From assembly GCA_964585475.1 (NCBI GenBank), contig CAZPDF010000005.1, positions 3,323-67,322 on the forward strand: 64,000 bases of DNA, written 5' to 3'. Positions 57,458-64,000 of the stretch are shown here, one piece after another. The DNA is from an uncultured Candidatus Saccharibacteria bacterium. GTDB taxonomy: Bacteria; Patescibacteriota; Minisyncoccia; Sungbacterales; HO2-52-23. The notes below the pieces were generated by a model. It was not told where the DNA came from and made no database searches. It saw only the letters and a program-made list of their open reading frames with translations. Numbering within the stretch: position 1 is the first letter of the stretch; each line of letters begins with the position of its first letter. The position numbers and the translations under genes are program-made.

Positions 57458-58564
57458 CTAAAGTCCTTCTTCTTTTAATTCTTGGGCGATTTCTTTTACC
57501 TTTCGGGCGCCCTTCCGCGGGATTTCGACCTTCATCTGAATTAAAAGATTGCCCCGTCCGTACCCCGAACTCGTATAAGCGCCCTTGCCTCGCGCCCGTA
57601 GCACATCTCCGGGTTGCGTTCCTTCCGGTATTTTAAGCTTTATTGAACCGTCTAAGGTATCTACTTCTACATTATCCCCCAGGATTGCTTGAGAAAGTTT
57701 TATCGTAAGCAGCATGATTATGTCATCTCCTTGCCTACGAAAAATCTTATGCGGCATAACGCGCAATTTAATATAAAGATCCCCGGGTACGCCGCCGCTA
57801 AATGATGCCTCCCCCTTCCCGGTTATTTTTAGGATCTCGCCATCCTGCACGCCTTTTGGAATAAATACTTCCAGTCTCTCCGCCGTAATCCTTGCGCCCT
57901 GCCCTCGGCAGAAAGTACATAGATTCTCAGGCCTCCTGCCGCTGCCGAGACACTCGGGGCACGCCGAAACCTGCGTAAAGGATCCGAGAAACGTTCTCTG
58001 GGTTTTTTGAATATTTCCCTTGCCCTGGCAGGTCTGGCAATTTTTCAATTTAGTGCCGGGCTCCCCGCCGGATCCTTGGCAATGTTCACAGCGCGCCATG
58101 CGTTCAAATTGAACCTCCTCTTTCCCACCCAAAACCGATTCCTCAAAAGGAATATCAAGGGGCAGGCGCACGTCCTTTCCCCTGCGCTCACGCGTTCTTC
58201 CCCGCGGAGCTGATCCCATTCCTCCACCTAAGAAATCCTCAAAAATATCTGAAAAATCAAAATCAGCAAAACCGCGGCCGTCGCCCGGCACGCCCTCGCC
58301 AAAATCAAAGCGGATTCCGCCGGGCCATTCAAATCCCCCCTGCTGGGGGCCCGCTCCCTCAAAAACGCGGCCGAATTGATCATATTGCGACCGTTTTCTG
58401 TCGTCGGCCAATACCTGATACGCCTCGTTAACCTCTTTGAATTGGGCTTCATCCCCGCCTTTATCGGGGTGGTATTTATGTGCAAGGGAACGATAGGCCT
58501 TCTTTATGTCTTCTTTGGTAGCGTTTCGCGGAACACCAAGAATTTTATAGTAATCTCCTGTCAT
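57458..58564 (-). CDS. dnaJ: molecular chaperone DnaJ
   Basis: J-domain (YYKILGV...HPDK), Gly-rich linker, four CxxCxGxG repeats, and a C-terminal domain. Confidence 0.9.
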   Translation of the reverse strand: MTGDYYKILGVPRNATKEDIKKAYRSLAHKYHPDKGGDEAQFKEVNEAYQVLADDRKRSQYDQFGRVFEGAGPQQGGFEWPGGIRFDFGEGVPGDGRGFADFDFSDIFEDFLGGGMGSAPRGRTRERRGKDVRLPLDIPFEESVLGGKEEVQFERMARCEHCQGSGGEPGTKLKNCQTCQGKGNIQKTQRTFLGSFTQVSACPECLGSGRRPENLCTFCRGQGARITAERLEVFIPKGVQDGEILKITGKGEASFSGGVPGDLYIKLRVMPHKIFRRQGDDIIMLLTIKLSQAILGDNVEVDTLDGSIKLKIPEGTQPGDVLRARGKGAYTSSGYGRGNLLIQMKVEIPRKGARKVKEIAQELKEEGL

Positions 58565-58606
58565 AGATTAATACTAAGGTATGTAATGCGTGTTTAGCAA
58601 TATGTG

Positions 58607-58703
58607 AACCCCGTTACAACCCGACCTAAAATCTGGGGCTTCCATCTGGCTTTTTTAAAACTTTCCATTCCTCGCCGGTCTGAAAGCCGGAGTTTCCGAG
58701 TTG
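58607..58703. repeat. ~97-bp IR element with perfect 13-bp termini accccgttacaac / gttgtaacggggt in dnaJ 5' region
   Basis: Seen directly. The interior has a ccggtctgaaagccgg hairpin. It is related to the CCCCGTTA family. Confidence 0.7.
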
Positions 58704-58724
58704 TAACGGGGTGAATAAATGGAA

Positions 58725-59732
58725 TTAATTTAACTTAGCCGGTTTGGGTGTGGCAAGCGCTATCCGTTCCACCATCAATTGTTCCCCGCGGCGTGAGAGT
58801 ATTCCTAAAGTCAGCATAAGTTTCACCGACGCAAACGTCGTAAGAAGCGCCAAATAATATAGCGGTATGGTGAGAGTTTTCAGCGCAAAGAAAAATGTAA
58901 CGGCGGCAGCGTAGGGAAGAAATACTTTGTATGGCCCGAGCAGGGTTTCCAGACGTTGGGTAAGAGCAGTATAGAAGATATCCGCGATTTGCTCCTTACC
59001 GCTTAGTTTAAGGCCAAAGTTTTTGGCGAATTCATCGCGCTGCGCCAAAATTAATTTCTCAAACTCAATTTTGGATATTGAACCAAGAGGTATTTTTTGC
59101 GCCTCGAACTGCTCCACGAGAAGCTGCCTGATAGCTTCATCCACGGTTGCGTTAAGATCAAGACCCTGAAGCCCGCCCAGAGACGTAAGCGATTTTCCAA
59201 AAACTTCGAGTGCTGCCGTAAACGCGGATTTCGGAAAAATAGCTACGATGGCTTTATCTTCGGGGATAGCGCCCAAGAAAAAAACCGAAACAATAATTGA
59301 GAAGGCAGTAAAATATATCGGAAGGCCGGATTTCAGAAATTTGGTTATGCTGAATCCGAGCGATAACTCATACTCTTCGTGTATGCGAAACGCGGCAAAT
59401 GCCGCAAGCAGAATGCCCAAGGCCAGCGCTCCTAACGCTGCGCCCGATGGCGGCATAAAAAAATATGCTAAAGCCATGCTCGCGACAACGGCCGGATAAA
59501 GAACGTACTTTCCTTTTATAAAAAGAGCGCCAAGTGAAAAAAATAAAGCCGCAAGAACGAGAGTTGCGATCGAAGCAAGATATACAGTCGCCGTCCCGAA
59601 TTCCCCGGCAACGATTTGAGGCGCCACGTCCTGCCACAACCAAAATGCAACGGCGCTGGTGGAAACAGCAAGAAACGCGAGAATAAGTTCTTTGAGATTA
59701 AAGTTCAAGGTATGGGTGATATCCCTCAACAT
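58725..59732 (-). CDS. hypothetical integral membrane protein
   Basis: 335 aa with multiple TM helices. It sits between dnaK and dnaJ. Confidence 0.4.
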   Translation of the reverse strand: MLRDITHTLNFNLKELILAFLAVSTSAVAFWLWQDVAPQIVAGEFGTATVYLASIATLVLAALFFSLGALFIKGKYVLYPAVVASMALAYFFMPPSGAALGALALGILLAAFAAFRIHEEYELSLGFSITKFLKSGLPIYFTAFSIIVSVFFLGAIPEDKAIVAIFPKSAFTAALEVFGKSLTSLGGLQGLDLNATVDEAIRQLLVEQFEAQKIPLGSISKIEFEKLILAQRDEFAKNFGLKLSGKEQIADIFYTALTQRLETLLGPYKVFLPYAAAVTFFFALKTLTIPLYYLALLTTFASVKLMLTLGILSRRGEQLMVERIALATPKPAKLN

Positions 59733-59738
59733 TTTTTT

Positions 59739-59915
59739 CTATTTCTTCCAATCCGAAATTGCCACACGGTTTTTGCCGAGCGACTTTACCACGACCTTTT
59801 GGCGTTCTTGCCAGCCGAGATTACGGATGATCGAGGTTGGTATCGTAATATAGTACGTTCCTTTGGAGCGCTGGATATTTCGAACGTGATGTTTATAGAG
59901 TTTTCTTCGGGCCAT
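59739..59915 (-). CDS. AbrB/MazE/SpoVT-family small DNA-binding protein (58 aa; below ORF-track cutoff)
   Basis: Manual translation gives MARRKLYKHHVRNIQRSKGTYYITIPTSIIRNLGWQERQKVVVKSLGKNRVAISDWKK. It has the swapped-hairpin signature (ItIP..iR..lG...g..V). Confidence 0.45.
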   Translation of the reverse strand: MARRKLYKHHVRNIQRSKGTYYITIPTSIIRNLGWQERQKVVVKSLGKNRVAISDWKK

Positions 59916-59926
59916 ACACCTATGAT

Positions 59927-59972
59927 AAAAGAATCCTAGTCAGAATCCTAGGATTCTGACTAGGATTCTTTT
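59927..59972. repeat. perfect 46-bp palindrome aaaagaatcctagtcagaatccta|ggattctgactaggattctttt
   Basis: Seen directly, immediately 3' of the dnaK stop. It may act as a bidirectional terminator or attenuator. Confidence 0.8.
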
Positions 59973-59983
59973 GATGTTCCGCT

Positions 59984-61876
59984 CTACTCCTTTTTATCTT
60001 CGTCTTTTTTCTTCTCTTCAAATTCTGCCTCTTTGACGTCTCCCTCTTTTTTCTCTCCTTCGCCGCCCGCACCCGCCTGTTTATATAGTACCTCGCCAAT
60101 CTTTTGCAGTGAAGTTGAAAGATCCTGGCTCGCACGCTTAATCGCCTCGCCATCGCTGTTGTCTTTCACGCTTTTCAAAGCGCTGATTTTTGCCTCGATT
60201 TCGTTTTTTAGTTCAGCGCTGACCTTATCTCCCGCATCTCTCAATGCCTTCTCAGCAGTATAAATAAGCGTATCCGCTATGTTTTTACCCTCAATCAGTT
60301 CCCGCTTCTTGCGATCCTCCTCCGCATGAAGTTCGGCATCCTTCTTCATCTTCTCAATTTCCTCCTTGGAGAGAGAAGTTGAGGCCTCAATTCTAACCGA
60401 CTGCTCTTTTCCGGTGGCCTTGTCCCTGGCCTTTACGGATAAGACACCGTTCGCATCAATATCAAACGCCACCTCAACTTGAGGCATGCCTCTTGGAGCT
60501 GTCGGAATCCCATCTAAAATGAATCTTGCCAGAGTTTTATTGTTTTCAGCCATTTCGCGCTCGCCCTGCAAAACATGAATTTCAACCGAGGTTTGATTGT
60601 CGGCTGCGGTTGAAAAAACTTGGGATTTTGCCGTAGGAACGGTGGTATTTTTCTCAATGATTTTGGTCATAACACCGCCAAGGGTTTCGATTCCGAGCGA
60701 TAAGGGGGTCACATCCAGAAGCAATACGTCTTTTACTTCTCCCTGCAATATACCCGCTTGGATCGCAGCGCCGATCGCCACCACCTCATCCGGGTTGATA
60801 GTACGATTGGGTTCTTTGCCAACAAGCTTTTTTACTGCATCAATTATGGCCGGCATCCGGGTTTGCCCTCCCACCAATATTATCTCGTCAATGTCGGCCA
60901 TGGGAAAACCGGAGTCCTTGATGACTTGCCTGGTAATTTCGACTGATTTATCAATCATATCTCTTACTAATTCCTCCAGTTTTGCCCGGCTGAATTTCAT
61001 CACCAGATGCTTAGGACCGGATTCGTCGGAAGTTATGAAGGGAAGATTGATTTCTGTCTCGGGGGTGGTGGAAAGTTCATGTTTTGCTTTTTCGGCAGAT
61101 TCTTTAAGGCGTTGGAGCGCCAGAGTATCTTTGGATAAATCAATTCCCTGATCCTTCTTAAACTCCTCCACGATCCATTTGATTATCCGCTGATCAAAAT
61201 CGTCTCCTCCCAGATGCGTATCGCCGCCTACTGCTTTTACTTCGATCGTATCTTCGGTAACTTCCAGCACCGAGAGGTCAAAAGTTCCTCCCCCGAAGTC
61301 GTACACTACGATTTGTTCGTTCTTTTTCTTGTTGAATCCGTAAGCCAGAGCCGCCGCAGTCGGCTCATTCAAGATCCGGCGTACTTTAAATCCGGCAATT
61401 TCTCCGGCGGCCTGCGTGGCTTTTCTTTGCGAGTCATCAAAATAAGCCGGCACGGTGATCACCGCCTCGGTTATTTTTTCCCCGAGCTTATCCTCGGCAT
61501 CATGCTTCAATTTTTGGAGCACCATGGCGGAGATTTCTTCAGGGCGATATGCCTTGTCGCCCATTTTTATCTCAACTCCGTTGTTGGCCGTCTCTTTTAA
61601 TTCATACGGAAGCCACTCTTTATCGCGCTTTACTTCCTTATCGCTAAATTTCCGTCCGATAAGGCGTTTAACGGAAAAAAGGGTGTTCTTTGGATTGGTC
61701 ACGGCCTGCCTTTTGGCTAAAAGGCCCGCTAGGCGATCGCCAGATTTTGAGATCGCGACAATTGAGGGAGTCGTACGATTCCCCTCTTTACTTTCTATTA
61801 TTTTCGGTTCGCCATGTTCAATCACGGCCATGGCGGAATTGGTAGTGCCGAGATCGATTCCTAAGATTTTGGGCAT
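59984..61876 (-). CDS. dnaK: molecular chaperone DnaK (Hsp70)
   Basis: [18 protein letters not shown], a substrate-binding domain, and an acidic C-terminal tail. Confidence 0.95.
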   Translation of the reverse strand: MPKILGIDLGTTNSAMAVIEHGEPKIIESKEGNRTTPSIVAISKSGDRLAGLLAKRQAVTNPKNTLFSVKRLIGRKFSDKEVKRDKEWLPYELKETANNGVEIKMGDKAYRPEEISAMVLQKLKHDAEDKLGEKITEAVITVPAYFDDSQRKATQAAGEIAGFKVRRILNEPTAAALAYGFNKKKNEQIVVYDFGGGTFDLSVLEVTEDTIEVKAVGGDTHLGGDDFDQRIIKWIVEEFKKDQGIDLSKDTLALQRLKESAEKAKHELSTTPETEINLPFITSDESGPKHLVMKFSRAKLEELVRDMIDKSVEITRQVIKDSGFPMADIDEIILVGGQTRMPAIIDAVKKLVGKEPNRTINPDEVVAIGAAIQAGILQGEVKDVLLLDVTPLSLGIETLGGVMTKIIEKNTTVPTAKSQVFSTAADNQTSVEIHVLQGEREMAENNKTLARFILDGIPTAPRGMPQVEVAFDIDANGVLSVKARDKATGKEQSVRIEASTSLSKEEIEKMKKDAELHAEEDRKKRELIEGKNIADTLIYTAEKALRDAGDKVSAELKNEIEAKISALKSVKDNSDGEAIKRASQDLSTSLQKIGEVLYKQAGAGGEGEKKEGDVKEAEFEEKKKDEDKKE

Positions 61877-61890
61877 TTTAGATGTTTATA

Positions 61891-61993
61891 CTTCGAGCCT
61901 GTCGACGGTTCGACAAACTCACCGCAGGGAAGAACATTCACATAATTTCTTTACCCTGAGCAGCGTCGAAGGGTCGACAAGCTCGAACAGTAA
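61891..61993. repeat. palindromic repeat copy D (ttcgagcctgtcgacggttcgac ... gtcgaagggtcgacaagctcgaacag) upstream of dnaK
   Basis: Arms of about 23 bp with 3 or so mismatches and a roughly 50-bp loop. It shares ttcgagcctgtcga with B (reverse complement) and gctcgaacagtaa with C. Confidence 0.65.
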
Positions 61994-62068
61994 CTTTATA
62001 GAGTTGACATTAAATTTTATATTTGATAGGATGTTTACGACCTGAGATTTGGAAAAGGAGGAGCGTCT

Positions 62069-62278
62069 ATGTGGGTTGCTGGAGGAATATTCTTTATACT
62101 ACTCGGGTTTCTTCTCTTCTGGGTGAGTGCCTTAGCGCATATTCCATTCCTCATGAAGGGGGTACTTATCGGATATGGTGCTATCTTCATTAGCGGAGCA
62201 ACTGGCATCATGTCCGAAAGGATATACAAACGCCTTCTTATCAAATCTCAATCCGTAAATCGTTCTTTGGAAAAATAG
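62069..62278 (+). CDS. hypothetical small membrane protein
   Basis: 69 aa with two hydrophobic helices. It is wedged between grpE and dnaK on the opposite strand. Confidence 0.3.
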   Translation: MWVAGGIFFILLGFLLFWVSALAHIPFLMKGVLIGYGAIFISGATGIMSERIYKRLLIKSQSVNRSLEK

Positions 62279-62280
62279 CC

Positions 62281-62640
62281 ATGTGGCCATCTTCTTCCAC
62301 CACTCCGAAACTCGATTGGATGGGGCATAAATTCATGCTGGTGACATCCATGCCGTTCTATCCCCATGGGCATCTTTATCCCGGCACGATTGTCACGACA
62401 ACCGGCAGGTTCTCTTCGGCGCTCAAAGATCCTGAATGTAAAAATATCAAACCATTAGATCCCCGACTCCTATATATCGGCATAACTCGCCCCGTTCGAA
62501 CTGGGGATGAGGTAGGACTCTCGGAAAACGAATGGCTGCGGGTAGTAGATCTTCTAAACTCAAACCAGGCAATTCCGGTCATCCTTGAATTTAACCAGAG
62601 GTCAGCTGAAAAACGGTTAAAAGCCTTGTTTCTATCTTAA
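62281..62640 (+). CDS. hypothetical protein
   Basis: 119-aa ORF immediately following the small membrane ORF. Confidence 0.3.
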   Translation: MWPSSSTTPKLDWMGHKFMLVTSMPFYPHGHLYPGTIVTTTGRFSSALKDPECKNIKPLDPRLLYIGITRPVRTGDEVGLSENEWLRVVDLLNSNQAIPVILEFNQRSAEKRLKALFLS

Positions 62641-62697
62641 TTCATTGATCACAAGTCTCCTTGGCAAGCACGCCGGGGAGATATTTTTTGCAAAAAA

Positions 62698-63237
62698 CTA
62701 TTTCTCTTTAGCTATCCTCACTCTTGCCGGGCGAAGCACTCGCTCGCGAAAGTAATAACCTCTCTGCACTACGTCCCCAATGCTTCCGGCTTCGAACTCC
62801 GATTCTATTTCGCCGATACTTTCGTGCTTTTCGGGATCGAATCTCTCCCCTTTCTCCACTTTCATCACTTCAAGCCCCCGCTTTCTTAAAATATCTTCAA
62901 ATTGCGAACGTATCAAAAGCACCCCCCTCTCTGTTTCCGGCTCGAGTCCATGCCCTACTGCCAGATCAAAACTGTCTAATATAGGTAAAACTTCTTCGAT
63001 AAAACCAGTGGTTACGAACCGCGCCAGATCTTCAAATCTTTTCCCTTCGTCCTTTCTATAATTTATTAAGTCGGCCTTGGCTCTCTGCCAACCCTCAAGA
63101 TAGTCTTTGCGCTCCGCATCGCATTTCTTTAAATCTTCTTTTGTCTTTTTAATCTTTTTCTGCAATTCACTCGCATCTCCTTCCTCATCAGGGACTAACT
63201 CGATATCGCTGGTGTCTTCATTTTTTTCTTCATTCAT
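62698..63237 (-). CDS. grpE: nucleotide exchange factor GrpE
   Basis: Acidic N-terminus, a coiled-coil, and C-terminal GrpE beta domain motifs (VLPILDSFD, VVQRGY). Confidence 0.9.
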   Translation of the reverse strand: MNEEKNEDTSDIELVPDEEGDASELQKKIKKTKEDLKKCDAERKDYLEGWQRAKADLINYRKDEGKRFEDLARFVTTGFIEEVLPILDSFDLAVGHGLEPETERGVLLIRSQFEDILRKRGLEVMKVEKGERFDPEKHESIGEIESEFEAGSIGDVVQRGYYFRERVLRPARVRIAKEK

Positions 63238-63940
63238 ACCGTTTCGACTTTAAACTTTTTATAAATGCCCTATGTTTCGGATAGTTCGTCCGCTTAGGCC
63301 CAATCATGGCCAGAAACCCGTTAAATCCGTGCGGATGAATCCATGAAGAAAAAATTATGGTATACGGATGCGCAAGCTTCAAAGGATTCTCCTCGCCGAT
63401 AAAAATTCTTTCTTCGTCCATAAAGCCGGGGTCCCGAAATAATTTTCCTAGTGCATCAATGTTATCGATAAATTCTCCGAAATCCCTCAAGCTTGCCGGG
63501 TTATGGAATTCCGGTTCGCCAAGTAGTTCCGAAAACCCGGTATTGTAAAAAGTCGCCTCATCCTGCAGTCCTCCTAAGGCAAACGCCGAAGAGATATGCG
63601 CTGCGGCTTTGCAAAGCTCTCGCACGAATTCTTCTTCCTTGAGCTCCCCATCAAATATATGCTGGATCATCCTCTCCTCCCGGGCAGAAAGTTCAAAATC
63701 TTCCAAGAGATTATCAACAAAAAAGCGGTATCCTTTGTCGGTAGGAATACGTCCGGCAGAAGTATGCGGCTGTTCCAAGTAGCCATATTCATCCAATTTA
63801 AACATTTCATTGCGGATGGTTGCCGTACTAAATTCCGGACTAAATTCATGCACCAATTCTCTCGACGCAACCGGCCGTGCTGTCCTGATATATTCTTTAA
63901 CAGTCGCCCCCAAGATAGTTTTTTGTCTGTCTTTGAGCAT
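63230..63940 (-). CDS. hrcA: heat-inducible transcription repressor HrcA (short form)
   Basis: N-terminal winged helix KDRQKTILGATVKEYIRTARPVASREL. Confidence 0.85.
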   Translation of the reverse strand: MLKDRQKTILGATVKEYIRTARPVASRELVHEFSPEFSTATIRNEMFKLDEYGYLEQPHTSAGRIPTDKGYRFFVDNLLEDFELSAREERMIQHIFDGELKEEEFVRELCKAAAHISSAFALGGLQDEATFYNTGFSELLGEPEFHNPASLRDFGEFIDNIDALGKLFRDPGFMDEERIFIGEENPLKLAHPYTIIFSSWIHPHGFNGFLAMIGPKRTNYPKHRAFIKSLKSKRYE

Positions 63941-63962
63941 GCTAAATTGTAGTGTATCTGAT

Positions 63963-63989
63963 TTAGCACTCCCATGTCAAGAGTGCTAA
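63963..63989. promoter_or_regulatory. CIRCE operator upstream of hrcA-grpE-dnaK
   Basis: Perfect TTAGCACTC-N9-GAGTGCTAA. Confidence 0.85.
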
Positions 63990-64000
63990 TATTGACAGTT

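Noticed and set aside
59616-59939. + strand 107-aa ORF in the dnaK downstream spacer
   Set aside because: It has no motifs and runs antisense to a clean AbrB-type 58-aa ORF on the minus strand with proper start and stop. The minus-strand gene is preferred.

Overview
The window reads as a compact, housekeeping-dense bacterial segment. By inference it resembles a Patescibacteria/CPR-like genome: short genes, an archaeal-type AspRS, rpmA without rplU, and sparse metabolism.

Recognisable genes include def-fmt, murC, an S41 C-terminal protease, pyrG, rplI, rpmA and gltX. A partial dcw cluster (mraY, an inserted amidohydrolase, murD, ftsW, murG) is present, followed by a dacA-like gene, scpA/scpB and aspS. 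There is an orphan histidine kinase, a translationally coupled fabH-like/ddl pair, uppS, two tRNAs (Lys-UUU, Ala-UGC), and groES-groEL and hrcA-grpE-dnaK-dnaJ each preceded by a CIRCE operator, plus uvrA and uvrC.

The most unusual signal is a heavy load of short palindromic or MITE-like repeat families with conserved termini. Several sit in-frame inside essential genes (fmt, uvrC, an Ada-like gene) or supply the 3' end of a gene (recombinase, murD), reminiscent of Rickettsia palindromic elements.

Other notable points:
- A gltX leader carries a tandemly duplicated N-terminal 'HIGH-motif' mimic uORF whose stop overlaps the gltX start codon (ATGA).
- A GC-rich block (about 39.9-43.9 kb) includes a PRODH-like gene, an unknown protein with a C-terminal CYTH-like domain, and tRNA-Lys.
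- An AT-rich three-gene island (about 44.4-46.5 kb) lies beside tRNA-Ala, with a partial tRNA 3'-end duplication and a HEPN-like (Rx6H) protein, and is a candidate defence or abortive-infection module.
- A 58-aa AbrB/SpoVT-like gene missed by the ORF track sits downstream of dnaK, next to a 46-bp perfect palindrome.

No rRNA, CRISPR array or obvious transposase was found.
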